This document shows positions 50,055 through 63,271 of a stretch of DNA of 64,000 nucleotides, piece after piece; position 1 is the stretch's first letter; each line of letters opens with the position of its first letter. The stretch is taken from the NCBI RefSeq assembly GCF_006345805.1, contig NC_042997.1:20150001-20214000 (forward strand). Reading direction: 5' to 3'. The notes under the pieces were generated by a model. The model ran no database searches. It saw nothing but the letters and a program-made list of their open reading frames with translations, and was not told the origin of the DNA. Both the position numbers and the translations under genes were made by a program. The stretch comes from Octopus sinensis (taxonomy: Eukaryota).

Positions 50055-50275
50055 ACCAATATTCTTTTCTACTCTAGGCACAAGGTGCAAAATTTTGGTG
50101 GAGGGGGCCAGTCGATTAGATCAATCTCAGTATGCAACTGGTACTTAATTTATCGACCCTGAAAGAGTGGCAGGGCAAGTCGATCTTGGCAGAATTTGAA
50201 CTCAGAATGTAAAGACAGATGAAATACCACTAAGTATTTCACCCGGCATGCTAATGTTTCTGCCAGCTCACCACC
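50055..50275 (-). mobile_element. tRNA-derived SINE family A
   Basis: CAACTGGTACTTAATTTATCGACCC..AATTTGAACTCAGAATG..TTTCTGCCAGCTCACC on the + strand. Confidence 0.8.
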
Positions 50276-50659
50276 TTCTTCACAACCAATATTAGCTTGT
50301 TTATGTACCTTTTTGTTTGACTGAACTCTTCAAAGCAGTGCCCCAGCATGGCTACAGTCCAACCACTGAGACAAAAAAAGACAAATGAGACAGATAAAGA
50401 AGGATGTAACTGTGCCCATAACCTTATTTGGTAAGACTGGTGAAATGACTTTTGTTTGAATAGGTGCAAGTTGGTGCTTGTGAGAAAAACATAGGCAGGA
50501 AAGTAATTCCAGAGAGTTGGTATTCTGTAGACAAAGGTGTGGATATACCGTAAAAACCCATGTAAATTGTGCACCTGTGTAAATTACACAGACGATTTTC
50601 AGGATAAAAATTGTTAAAAAAAGCTTTAACTCATGTAAAATTCATACCCAAAAGTTTTC

Positions 50660-50811
50660 GTGGATGTGTGTTAAGTAGCTTATTTACCAACCACATGGTT
50701 CCGGGTTCAGTCCCACTGCGTGGCATCTTGGGTAAGTGTCTTCTACTATAGCCTCGGGCCGACCAAAGTCTTGTGAGTGGATTTGGTAGACGGAAACTGA
50801 AAGAAGCCCGT

Positions 50812-50853
<42 letters not shown>

Positions 50854-51064
50854 TGTGTGTGTTTGTCCCCCTAGCATTGCTTGACAACTGATGCTGGTGT
50901 GTTTATGTCCCCATTACTTAGCGGTTCAGCAAGAGAGACCAATAGAATAAGTACTAGGCTTACAAAGAATAAGTCCTGGAGTCGAGTTGCTCAATTAAAG
51001 GTGGTGCTCCAGCATGGCTGCAGTCAAATGACTGAAACAAGTAAAAGAGTAAAAGAGTAAGAGT
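50660..51064 (+). mobile_element. Family C SINE nested in the TIR element
   Basis: Close match to 44843-45251 and 56749-57135, including the internal (TA)n(TG)n tract. Confidence 0.9.
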
Positions 51065-51689
51065 ATATGACCAGGTGGGGAAAAGGTTTTCAGTTTAGTT
51101 GTATTTAGCATGATTTCACTTACTTATGATTAGATTTTATTAAATTTTCATTAAATAAAATTAATTTCTGTTTAACAGATATTACATTAAAAGCTATTAA
51201 ATTACAAAGTGTTTGTGCTGTCCATATAAATAAAATTGGTTTTGTGGGACTGACACATGTCAGTCCATTTTACCCGCTCAGTATACCCTCCTGAGAATGG
51301 CAATCTGCTGTAGCCACTCGGTATACCCTCTTCTTCCCTCGACGTTAGTGTTCCAATAATAAAAATAAATAGATGAAAAATATGACTCTGACTCTGTGCG
51401 TGTGTTTGCATGCATGTAACTGTATGAGACTGTGTTTAAGTGTATTTGTGTGTGTATGCATAACTGCATAAGATTGTGTGTGTTTGTATGTGTATGTAAC
51501 TGTATGAGACAGTGTGTGTTTGTATGTGTGTGTGCGTGCATGCACGTACCTGTATGTATGTGCATCTCTGCGTAACTGGAAATAACCAAAGTACTATTTT
51601 TGCAAATTGTGAGCATATATGTATCATATAATGAGGGGAATTGTTGTATATAGTGCTCAGGTGCACTACAACTAAAAAAAATCCATCAG

Positions 51690-51880
51690 CTGTACTGTTG
51701 GCAGATTTCAGGAAGCATGGAAGTTTTGAAGGATGTAGTATCTCGACAGCAAACAACTGATGTGGGTAGTTTATTCCATGCTTCAGCAATTCTGAGCATG
51801 AAAAAATGTTTCCGAAAGTCATGGATGCTGTGTCGTTTTTTGATTTTATAAGCATGTCCACAAGTGTTTATCATATGGAA
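51690..51880 (-). mobile_element. CR1-like LINE 3' end nested in the TIR element
   Basis: GHAYKIKKRHSIHDFRKHFFMLRIAEAWNKLPTSVVCCRDTTSFK (cf. GHSLKL......D.RK.FFS.RVV..WN.LP..VV.....SFK). Confidence 0.7.
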
Positions 51881-52824
51881 TTCAAAATGGTACCCAAGAT
51901 TGTTGTTAGATAGATGGTGGATAATCTTGTTTAATATAAACTTTATTTTGCATTTCTTGCTTGCAAGAGATTATGTCCGATCTTTAGCATACTGCTGTAT
52001 GTCTTCTCAAATCACAATCACAAGGAAAGTTGTTGATAGGAATTATCAACAAAAACAAAGCTGATAAATTTGCACAGGTGTTGCAAATTATGTTTAATTA
52101 CCAATAAACATCAGCTTTGATGACACTTTACTCAACCGAATAAAATATGTAAAATATGGCTCAGACCATGATTACCAGCATGTACTTTAGACTTCAAAAA
52201 GTAGTTAACCATTTAATGGTTTTAGTAAATTTATACAGGAAAAGCAAGCATTATACTGTCAAGCATAAATAAAGTCAACTTCACTATATTTAAATCCATT
52301 AAATGAATCAACTTCCGGTATGAATGTTTAGGTTTTGTTTGTCTTTTCAACAAAAAAAAAAATTCTAAATAATTCTGGAAATGATCTACTCATACAATTT
52401 ACACACCCTCTAAAGCTTATTTTTATTTTTGTGAAAAAAAGTGCGTAAATTACATGGGTTTTTATGGTAAGTGCTAGTGAAGGACTTGAGAAAGGAGACA
52501 CAGAATGGGTGATGTAATAGATGTATTATATGGACTTGAGAGGGGTTGATTGCATCCAGTTAGTTCTGAGGGATAGATACTACTATAGTTGAAAAAATAA
52601 AGAAACAAAAAGTAAGATACAGCTTTTTGGTGAGTGAATTCTTAACAATCAGGCAAACTGTTTTGTTTTTGGATGTAATCCAAGATGTTTTTGTTGCAGC
52701 AGCCCAGATATGAATTGCAGTATTTTATTGTGGGGTTTTACTTGTTCCATGTAGAGTGTCAACCATTCTTCAAGGCTGAAGTATTTTATTGCTCTGAAAT
52801 GGAACATTAATCTGTGAAATTACT

Positions 52825-53295
52825 GGTCTCGTGCCAGTGGCATGTAAAAAGCACCATTCGAGTGTGATCGTTGCCAGTGGAGCCTAACTGGCTCTCATAT
52901 CGGTGGCAAGTAAAAAGCACAATTTGAGCATAATCATTGCCAGTGTGGCCTGATTGGCTTCCATGTTGGTGGCATGTAAAAAGCACCATCCAAGCATGGC
53001 CCATGCCAGTGTCGCCTGACTGACTCCTGTGCTAGTGGCATGTAAAAAGCACCATTTCAAGCGTGGTTAATGCTAGTACCACCTGACTGGCCTGGTGCCA
53101 GTGGCACATAAAAGGCATCCATTATACTCTCGGTGTGGTTGGCATCCAGCTATAGAAACTTTGCCAGATCAGATTGAAGCCTGGTGCAGCCTTCTGGCCT
53201 GCCAGCCCTCAATCAAACCGTCCAACCCATGCCAGCATGGAAAGCGGACGTTAAACGACGACGACAACGATGATGATGATGATGATGATGATGTT
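52825..53295 (+). mobile_element. RTE 3' UTR with five ~65-bp subrepeats and (GAC)(GAT)n tail
   Basis: GTGGCA(T/A)GTAAAAAGCAC repeated, ending GCGGACGTTAAACGACGACGAC..GATGATGAT. Confidence 0.85.
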
Positions 53296-53806
53296 ATGAA
53301 GATGAGATGGCTTGGAGATATCATCACTGAATATCAAGTTTATCTAGCCTTTGTAATGAGTCTGTGGTTTCCATGTATCAAATTCACATCAAAAATTATC
53401 ATTCAACCCAAGGCAACGGCAGAAGATTGCTGTCAAGCAGTGAAATAAAACCTGGAACCATGTAGTTGGGAAGCAACCTTTTTAAACACACTATTATGCA
53501 TGCTTGTTGGGATTGTATTGTATTTCACAGCACTCATTAAAATTCACATTACTACTTTTGTAAGGGGGTCAGCATGTCAAAGAATAGCCTCAGTATTTCC
53601 TCTATGTAATGTAAAAAGCAACTACAAGAGGTTGAGGTACGATTTGTACTCTGAGCTCTCAAAACCTTCAACAACAATAATTACTTAAACAGACCCATGG
53701 ATTGGTGGGTTGGCACTTGAGTGGTGCCAAGGTGTCATCCACCAGGAGTAGGGAATCACTAATTGATGGTGGATACAGTGATGTGCTGTTACAACAAATG
53801 ACCTCA

Positions 53807-53856
<50 letters not shown>

Positions 53857-54011
53857 TGCAAATATTTAACTAGAGATGGAAAAAACAAAATTACTTCTTT
53901 ACCTTTGTTTATAATTAATATATAAACGATTGTGCAAAGTGAGGTGACGAGAATGGCTCCTTTGCACATCACATGGCGATACAATATATATGAAAAGAAT
54001 AAATGTGTATA

Positions 54012-54883
54012 TGTGCCAGAAAGAAAAGAGAGACACAACCGGGTAGAATGTTTAAGAGAAGATTTTATTTATATGTTAATATGTGTGTGTGTGCCATATA
54101 TGCATAATAATAGACAGGCTGTCAAGAGAACAAAGTGTGTGTGTACAAACATGGATGTATGCGTATACTATAAGTACAGAGCTTTGAAAGAGTCTATAAT
54201 ATGACGTTAGAAGAATGTTCAGACATAAAGATAATAAATACCAGTTCGTAGTCAAGGTACACGATGGTTGAAATGCTGTATCAAGAAGATGTGGCAGTAA
54301 TGCAAAGGCTGTTGAGGTACATTCGTATGAGAAGTTGTGGCTACGATGCTGCTACCTGTTACTTGGTACAGAAAGTTCTCACAGGTTGTATTTGCTGTTA
54401 ACCATGGTGAAGTGATTCACAAACAGTGCAATGTTGGAACCTGTGCAAGTGTTGCTTGTTGCTGTGTACGTAGAGAGATTATGTTGATGTTAGGATGAAT
54501 GGTGGTGACAGAGATGGAGTTCCTGAATGCTGCTGGACAAAGTTAATGAGTCTTCATGTGGCTGCTGTTGTGTTGTCACTGGAACTAGCTGTGTCTTGTG
54601 TGGTCAGTGGCTAGACCTTAAAAGGTCTGGAACCAAAAGACCTCAACTCGATGTGAAGCTAGAGTTTTATAGGGTGCAATCAGCTCACCAGAGGTTTAGA
54701 AGAGACTGTCTCATGTGACCTTATCAGAAGGCTGTGATTGGTTGGGTTGCATATTGGTGCACAGTAGAGCAAGAGATAAGTTGTACCAATACCAACCAAT
54801 CAGAGTAGTGGACACAACAGGGTCTAAACGGGCGGCTGAAGGCGAGCTGTTATCTATTACATCCATATTTATGTATATATAAC
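54012..54883 (-). mobile_element. LTR-like segment (possible solo LTR)
   Basis: Minus strand starts TG. It has four CCAAT/ATTGG boxes at about 54737-54800, CTATAAAA at 54665-54672, AATAAA at 54064-54069, then a GT/T-rich stretch and CA. No TSD found. Confidence 0.4.
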
Positions 54884-54974
54884 AGAGAGAGAGAGGAATT
54901 TCCCTCAAACATATGTTACAAATATTATGATTTTACAAGCTAATGTGGTAGCTCTAGCAAATGATGAAACCTTT

Positions 54975-55180
54975 TAGAAGCTACCTCAACCTTCTAGAAA
55001 TAGCAGCCAATCTGCCCTCAAGTCACATCTCTCTGTCTTGCATAAGGACAGAATACATTAAAACATCTAGATGTACATATCTCTAAAAGGACAGGATGGT
55101 CATAACTGGAACTTCTTTTATAATAAATTATGCATCATAATGACTGATCTGGAGGCTAAATAATGCCAACAACAATAACA
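54975..55180 (-). repeat. Unclassified interspersed repeat (family D)
   Basis: CTAGAAATAGCAGCCAA motif, reverse complement of the end of 62760-62940. Confidence 0.45.
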
Positions 55181-56748
55181 TCTCTGGTATCTGTACGCTG
55201 ATCAAATTATTTATAGATGACAACTGAAACAGAAAGTATTATGTGTTAATAACAGTGAATTATTTAGAATAGAAAATAAGAAGTTTAATCAATATTTGAA
55301 ACTTGAGTTTTTGAATAGAATTTTAAACAATTGAAATATATCTATGTTAAAATTTAAAAAGAAAAACATTTTCTTTTTTCTTATCTAGCAAAATCATGAA
55401 AGTGGAATAATCTCTTAAATAGTTATAATTCATTGTTTAAATTTCTTCTGACCTTATTCAAGACACTTTTGTCATAATTACTTCTTTTATTTGATTTTTG
55501 CATCTAATTTATATTTAACAAAAATGGAACAAAACCAAAATATCTTTTTCACTAATTCTCATATATTTCTCTTCAAAAAGCGGTAGACAGCTTCAAAACA
55601 ACAACCACAGACTAAATAACTTATACTGATTATTTTATATAACATATGGCGACTATAACAAGTATTTTTCTTTGAATAATGACAACATATAAAAAATGTT
55701 TTCTTTTATTTGTTTTTATAGTTACAAATGACTGTTTTTATGTTTTTCTCTACTATTTTCAAGCTCTATAAAGTTATTTAAATGCCCCTAGCTTGAACAC
55801 TTATTCTTTTTCAAAACAAAATTGATTTGTTGGTGAAATATACTCAAACACAGAGGCATTGAGAGCAATAAAAACAAACTGATATCATATTTTTTCCATT
55901 CTTCTACACAATTTTCCCCTCCCCTCCGCCTCTTTGTGACTATTTTTTGCAGAAATTCAGTTACATCGCTAAAGGCTTTTTGTAGAGAAGTCATGTTTGT
56001 TCCATGAATCTTATGAGTTTTTCATGTTTAGTTGAAAACAACTGCAACTATCAATGAAGTTTGATCAGCTTACCATCTAGTTGTTTTTTAAATTTCATTT
56101 CGTTTATATAGAATACTCCACATTTGTTTGTCTTTTTAGTTGGCCTTGAATTCTTAAATGCGAAGCTCTAAATCATATGTATACGATTGTTATGTAATAA
56201 TAATTTGTAATATCGTCAGTTTAAATTGTACTATGGTGGTTTTATCCATTACAGAAGTTTACTTCACTGTCTTGTAGGTCAAGATTTAACCATATTTCAT
56301 GAATCTTGGAGAATAGGCTTTCAGCTATTGTCTCTGGTTGTCCAATCAATATCTTATGAATAAAATTTGATAGAAAGAAACCGTACAGAAGCTGTAGTAT
56401 CTATCTAGCCATATGTCCTTCTGTCCACTCAATCCAGCCACCAATCCATCTATCCATCCATCCATCCATCAACCCACCCTCTTCCTTCCTTCCTTCCCTC
56501 CTTCTTTCTTTTTATTTCTAGCTAATATATGCCTAAGATAAAAACGAATACAACAATACTCTTTAAACAAGAATTCCTTTACAAATTTTTTTTCCACACC
56601 AGGTTACAGATTCTGCCTCATCATTCTCACAATCAGAAAAGCAGTGAATTAATGATTGGCCCATTGGAATCAATGACACTATTGTTCACACATTATGATA
56701 TGAAATTTAAACAAATAAATAAGACATTATGTTTTATTCTTTTCCATA

Positions 56749-57135
56749 GGTGCAGGAGTGGCTGTGTGGTAAGTAGCTTGCTCACCAGCCACATGGTTCT
56801 GGGTTCAGTCCTACTGTGTGGCACCTTGGGCAAGTGTCTTCTACTTTAGCCTCGGGCCAGCCAAAGCCTTTTGAGTGGATTTGGTAGACGGAAACTGAAA
56901 GAAGCCTGTCGTATATATATATATATATATGTGTGTGTGTCTGTGTTTATCCCCCCAACATCGCTTGACAACCGATGCTGGTGTGTTCCCGTCCCTGTCA
57001 CTTAGTGGTTCGGCAAGAGAGACTGATAGAATAAGTACTAGGCTTACAAAGAATAAGTCCTGGGGTCAATTTTCTCGTCTAAAGGCGGTGCTCCAGCATG
57101 GCTGCAGTCAAATGACTGGAACAAATAACAGAGTA
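56749..57135 (+). mobile_element. Family C SINE, full length
   Basis: GGTGCAGGAGTGGCTGTGTGGTAAGTAGCTTGC..CCTTGGGCAAGTGTCTTCTAC..GGCGGTGCTCCAGCATGGCTGCAGTCAAATGACTG. Confidence 0.9.
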
Positions 57136-58084
57136 AAATGTATTTCCTGATATTTTAAACATATTTTAAATAAAACACAGTACATGACCAGTAAATTTGT
57201 ATTTTTATCATTGAAGTAATAGTTTAGTGTTAGTGAGTCAGTAAGCAATAAGACCTTTATATGAGCTACCAAGGAAGCTTCTAGGTAATTACTTGATCTA
57301 CTTGAAATTGACCCCACAAAATTTCCCTCAAACACTACCTACTTCAAAAATTGCTAAAGATTCAGTATAAAGTTATACAGAATATAATACATCTGAAGAA
57401 AAGATAGAATGTTCACAGGTAGAATGCTGGTTAAACAATAATGTCTTGTCTTAACATATGCAAATATCTCTCACAGTATAAATTGGTGCAGGATGACCAA
57501 TGCTACAATTCTACATGAATCAAGCACTGAAATCTCTGTGAAGGTATGTGTCTTACAGAGTCTTCAAAATGCCCATACGCTCCTTAACAATAACTATCAC
57601 AAATAATTCAGAAAAATACATGACTTTAAAGGTGATGTAATATTAACACTAAATGAATAACTATGACCAAAACAGGAAGTGTTTTCACTATCTCATTCCC
57701 AGCGTTACAGGTCTGTACAGTATGCATTTACGTATAAATGTTTTACTTAGAAAATTAAAATTTGAAATATGGTACTAAATATGTAAAAGTTCTGTAATAC
57801 AATGTTTAACAGCATTAAAATACATTTATGGGATTAAAAGATTTTATCATCTCTCACAAAATTTGTGTAACAATAATTCAGAAACCATTCTTACTACATG
57901 AACACCAAACACCCATCATTTCAATTTATACCCACACCTGTTCCTTTATGTATCACCATTGAACTCATCATTCATCCCTCAGATTATGCCTACCAGCTGC
58001 AGCACTAAAACACAATCACACACAAAAAAAGAACATAAATTTGAGGAAATTTCAATGTACTTATCACCTGGTTCTTGTTTATTT

Positions 58085-58392
58085 TATTTTATTTATGCAC
58101 CCTTTTGAAGCCTAGCCAGGCTCATGGGCCCGCTTTCCCAGTTTCTGATGTTCCCTCCATCTGGACGGGATGCCAGTCCAGCACAGCATTACTCAAGAAA
58201 CAGGAAGAGAGAGTGAGAGAAAGTTGGGGCGAAAGAGTACAACAGGGGACACCACCACCCCCTGCCAGAGCTGCATTAAGCTTTAGGTGTTTTCGCTCAA
58301 TAAACACACATGATGCCTGGTCTGGGAATTGAAACCGTGATCCTCCGACCACAAGTTCGCTGCCCTAACCACTGGGCCATTACATCTCCACC
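58085..58392 (-). mobile_element. tRNA-derived SINE family B variant (GACTGGCATCCCGTCCAG motif)
   Basis: Head GGAGATGTAATGGCCCAGTGGTTAGGGCAGCG on the minus strand; tail like 4093-4345. Confidence 0.85.
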
Positions 58393-59272
58393 TGGTTTTT
58401 GTACAGTACAGATAATAAGTGTGATATTACATAACCTGACCTCAACATCCTTTACATCCTAGGCAATTCACATCAACACACAAATACTTCACCAAGCTAA
58501 CTTCAACAACTCTTCCCTGGACATCACCTGTTTCACACAGCCACCACAACTATCTGGCAAACAATTCCTTAACTTTTTTGGACTACCTTTTAATTATCCT
58601 CACTGTAAATTCACACATAAATGAAGAAAGCAAAAGCATTTTCTAAACTTCAAAAGAATGCGATGGAACAAGTACATAAAGAAACAAAACGAAAGTTTTC
58701 AAAATTCAGCAACACCACAATCACCAGCAGCATCATCAACTATGCAACTCATACAAACTAATTATAGGTGCATCTAAGAAATATATCATACAAAGCAGCA
58801 TAAAAGACACAATCTCAATTACACACCAGAAATAGTCAGCCTCATAAAATCTTGACACAGTCTCATTCAATATACGAAATCACAAACAACTCTGAAATAA
58901 TACTTAGCTTCAAATAACAAAACAAGGAAATAACAAGAAAACAAAAAGAAAATGAATAAAGCATAGATAAACTGACAAATATTTGTATCCAACATAAATC
59001 AGAAAACTAGAAGTAAAACATTATATAGAGTAATTAACATCATCACTATCTTTAACATTATCAACAGCAACAACAGTAATAATAGTTACACCACACTCAT
59101 GTCTCAATAATATTTTCAAATAATATACACATACTGCATAAAAATCAGAAACTAGATGATGGTTCCAGCAGCAAAAAAAAAAAAAAAATCACTTACATAC
59201 CATTTTAACTAGTGCCAACACCAGCAAAGCTTTTGACTCTATTCTCAGCTGTCCACTCAACCTCACCTTCAA

Positions 59273-59846
59273 AAACAATTCAAAATGCTATCTAGAAAAC
59301 CACCTGTTAAGCTACCAAGCCAATAGAGTTAACAAGAATTATTGCAGTATTTTCCTAAATAATGTGTCTCAGAGATCCATCCTGTCATCCACACTTTTCA
59401 ATTTATGCTAACGTGATCACCCCTCACTACCACAAAACATTTGGGCATTAACAAACGCAGATGACATCAGATTCACGTCCACCTATTATTCTCTGGATAG
59501 CTTTAAAACCTAGTTTCACAACAGACTTAAAATAGCACATGTCATAATTACTGCCTTCAGAAACAATTCAAAATGTTAGCTAGAAAACCACCTGTTAAGC
59601 TACCAAGCCAATAGTGTTTACAAGAATTATTGCTGTATTTTCCCAAATAAAGTGTCTCAGATATCCATCCTGTCATCCACACTTTTCAATTTATACTAAC
59701 ATTATATCCTCTCACTGCCACAAAACATTTGGGTTTTATCAAACGCAGATGACATCAGATTCACGTCCACCTATTATTCTCTGGATAGCTTTGAAACCTA
59801 GTTTCACAACAGACTTAAAATAGCACATGTCACATCTACTGCCTTC
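59273..59846. repeat. 288-bp tandem duplication (2 copies, roughly 90% identical by eye)
   Basis: AAACAATTCAAAATG..CTAGAAAACCACCTGTTAAGCTACC...ATAGCACATGTCA....TACTGCCTTC starting at 59273 and 59561. Confidence 0.95.
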
Positions 59847-60085
59847 TTCCTTAGAAGTAACACTAGAGAACATCAAGTTCAATAAACTATCACACTCAAT
59901 AGCATAAAACACACACACACAAGGAAACAGTAAAAATTCTAAGAGTTACATACAACATCCTCACAATATTTACATGTTTGATCTAATCGACTGCCCCAAA
60001 ATTCCAGGCCTTGTGCCTAGAGCAGAAAAGAATATTTACGTGTATAAAATGATATAATACAGAAAGCGAGTTACACAAAAACAGA

Positions 60086-60309
60086 CCCTTTCGTTACCAA
60101 CCTGGCTGAAACCGGCTCTGGCTCTGAGTACAAATGTCTTGCTTTCATAAGTTCTGAATTAAAATCTTCCACCAAACTTTAGTCACAATTTATGTTCCTA
60201 ACACTGGCTGAATGATAAGTAAGTTATTTTATCAAATTCTTTGTTATATTTAAAGTAACTGAAAGAAACACAGAGCATCTCAAAATAAATGCAGCAATGA
60301 AAGGGTTAA
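60086..60309. mobile_element. piggyBac-like MITE
   Basis: CCCTTTCGTTAC...GCAATGAAAGGG|TTAA imperfect TIRs; TTAA is preserved only on the right. Confidence 0.55.
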
Positions 60310-61259
60310 AGCAATCACAGGCACTAGATTTGGTCACCTAAACAAGATTTGATATTATCTTCTTAATTGATATAACACCAATGTAATTCATATTCAGGTT
60401 GACTAGCTATGTCATTTTGCAAACTAGACAAAAATATATAAAAAAAACTTCCTTTAAAATAAATACCTATAAGAATTTGTATGAAATAATGTACTTACTT
60501 TTCTTGGTTTTACATATGTAAAAAACATGACAGTTTTCTTATGCTATTTTGCTGTATGTTCTATACAGTAGTCAATCTTTGATAAGTATAACTACACAAA
60601 ATTTGCATTAAATGCAATATTAAAGGGGGGAAAAAAATTAATAATGAATAATTGAAAAATATCATTTTTCATCAAAAATTTCAATTCAAAATGCTCTATT
60701 CAAAATGCTTATCTCATAAGAAAATATCAAACCACAGATTAACAGAAGTTGCAAAACTTTTTGCTCTATATACAAAATACAAAACATTAAGGGAATATGA
60801 TTTCATTTAAGAAACTGTTAATAATTTTCACTCATTCTCTTTTCATAACATATAGTATTCTAGAATTGGTGATATGAATAAGCTATTCTCAATCAATAAT
60901 ACTTATTATATTTCTATATCTATGTCAGGAAATGATCAACTCTTAATATACATATTTATCTCAGAATATATTTCATGATCTTTAGACTTTTATCTGTAAT
61001 GGTTGAAATATCTTTGATATATTCTTCTATATTAATAAAATGTTTAAGTAGTTTTTAACAGAGTAATGAGTTTATCAGTTACATACATTAAAATTATGTT
61101 GTTTTTGGGTTGTTTTTTTTTGCTTCCTCTTTTGGTACAAATTATTTTGAAAATGCAGATATAAAGAAATGTCTAATTGTCTGTATGTCTATATGAGAAC
61201 AGAATTAACTATTAATATTTCCTGTAAATTTGATTAAAATTTTTTTATACACATATACC

Positions 61260-61477
<218 letters not shown>

Positions 61478-62274
61478 GGAATGGTTGTTTTTGTTTTTAT
61501 AGTTCATAGCCAGTAATGGAAAAATTATCAAATCTCATTACACTTGAATTAATAAATAATTGAAAGCAGAAGTAATAATTTTCTCTTGAGAAGAAATGTT
61601 TCTAAATTAAGACATTTGATGGTTTTCAACACTAGCTATAATTTTACATGCTTAAAAAGTGGTATGAATTAGAAACACTAATGTTGAAGTAGAGATAAAG
61701 ATATGAAACTTGAATTAACTCTATATCGCATGAATGTGAATGACAAAAGCAGGGAGCAGGAGAAAATATTGCATGGAAAAATGAATAAGAAAATATTGCA
61801 TGGAAAACAGATGAGTGATGATAACGATAATGAGGAACAGAGATAGAGTGTGGGGCTCTCATGATGATAATGATGATGATGATTATACTGATGATAAGGA
61901 TGGTGGTGGCAGTGGTGGCGGCGGCGGCGGCGGTGGTGGTGATGATGGTGACGGGAATGATGATGAGGACAACTTTGCCCAAATGAACAGAAGTGAATGG
62001 AAGCAACTAATTTCTTTTTAGCGTTTAGAGATTTCCTAGTTTCTTTTTTAGTAAATTTGTCATGAATGAAGTTTTTCTGCTAGTTAAGGGGTGGTGGGGA
62101 ATAAAAAGAAAAAAAGTCTGGTAATACTGCACATGCATGCAACATTTGCAAAGCAGGCTTTAATATGAAGGCAATTACAGCCAAAGGTCTTCTACATAAT
62201 ATCACCAGAGGAGACAGTAAACATTATTGGCAGATGGATAGGGATGGACAAACAAGAAAGTGTCAGGAATTTTC

Positions 62275-62342
62275 AGCTGCTGCTACGACCACTGCTGGTA
62301 CTGCTGCTGCTGCTACTACTACTACTACTGTTACTACTAGTG

Positions 62343-62374
<32 letters not shown>

Positions 62375-62453
62375 GTTACTACTAGTGCTACTACTACTGC
62401 TACTACTACTACTGCTACTACTACTACTACAACTGCTACTGCTGCTGCTGCTG

Positions 62454-62498
<45 letters not shown>

Positions 62499-62500
62499 TT
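62275..62500. repeat. (ACT)n/(GCT)n trinucleotide repeat
   Basis: Direct inspection. A second (ACT)n tract lies at about 53808-53853. Confidence 0.95.
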
Positions 62501-62759
62501 TAAATCAATTAGATGAAAAAGACAATAAAACCATAGAGCTTGGTGTTAGACATGCTGATGAATTTCTGATGTTGCTGATTTGCTATGTTTGTAGAGAATA
62601 TTTGTATATGTTGGCTACTTCTAAGGGATGCGTTTTCAGACATAAATTCGTATTTCTATGATGGTCGTATTTATGGGAGCTCTAGTCTGAATGATAGCTA
62701 TGTGTTATAGCTTATGTACATGTTAAGGCTGTTAGGCTGTTACTTTGATTCCATTATAA

Positions 62760-62940
62760 AAGCATATGCTGTTCTTTAACCCTAATTGAGCAGACCTATG
62801 ATCAAAGGTATTCAAGCTTTGGCCACCCCATCTATTTTCTATTTCCTAATGTATATAGGACTATAATATCTTATGTGTCTTTTTTTTTTATGATATTCAG
62901 GATGATTTGGCTACTGTTTCTAGCAGAGCAAAACATAGAG
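62760..62940 (+). repeat. Unclassified interspersed repeat (family D)
   Basis: GAGCAGACCTATGATCAAAGG..GATGATTTGGCTACTGTTTCTAGCAG..CATAGAGGC. Confidence 0.45.
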
Positions 62941-63271
62941 GCTTCTTTATTGGCTCTTAGCTCTCTCATTGGCTTTGTTTGTTGTATTTATATAATGGTG
63001 TGTAGTAAGAAATTTTGATCTGGCTTCTGTCATGATTTTAGTGGATTTCTTTGTTCTGTAGTTATTTATTGGAAAATTTATCATGATGTCAATACTGATT
63101 ATATTAAGGCTTATCTCTAGTAGTTTGATGTTTGTTCAATTTTCAAGTGATAATTGTTTAGGAAGGGTTGTTGTTTTGATTGCTTGGGAGTGATCCGATG
63201 ACTTTTAGTTTTGTAAAGTGCTCTGTGTGAAGGTGTGTGTCGCAATGGTTGGGATAATGGACTTTCAATCA

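Larger units (their letters stand above)
50548..52467. mobile_element. Non-autonomous pogo/Tc1-type TIR element with TA target duplication
   Basis: TA|CCGTAAAAACCCATGTAAATTGTGCAC at left and GTGCGTAAATTACATGGGTTTTTATGG|TA at right form an imperfect 27-bp inverted repeat. Confidence 0.7.
50410..52800 (-). mobile_element. CR1/L2/Jockey-group LINE ORF2 C-terminus, split by a 1.9-kb DNA transposon
   Basis: Removing 50548-52467 and one TA gives in-frame HPFCVSFLKSFTSTYIHTFVYRIPTLWNYFPAYVFLTSTNLHLFK. A YCNS/HIWAAA-like block lies upstream near 52700. Confidence 0.7.

Noticed and set aside
52825-53110. Regularly spaced GTGGCATGTAAAAAGCAC repeats resembling a CRISPR array
   Set aside because: The spacers are homologous to each other, the array is part of the RTE 3' UTR, the context is eukaryotic and there are no cas genes.
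55788-56370. 68-aa minus ORF and nearby splice-like sites (56070 donor, 56277 acceptor)
   Set aside because: Signals lie on conflicting strands, frames close quickly, and there is no homology.
62165-62516. Poly-Thr and poly-Leu ORFs; also poly-Asp/Gly at 61815-62021 and poly-Ser at 53685-54038
   Set aside because: Trinucleotide repeats with no flanking coding signal.
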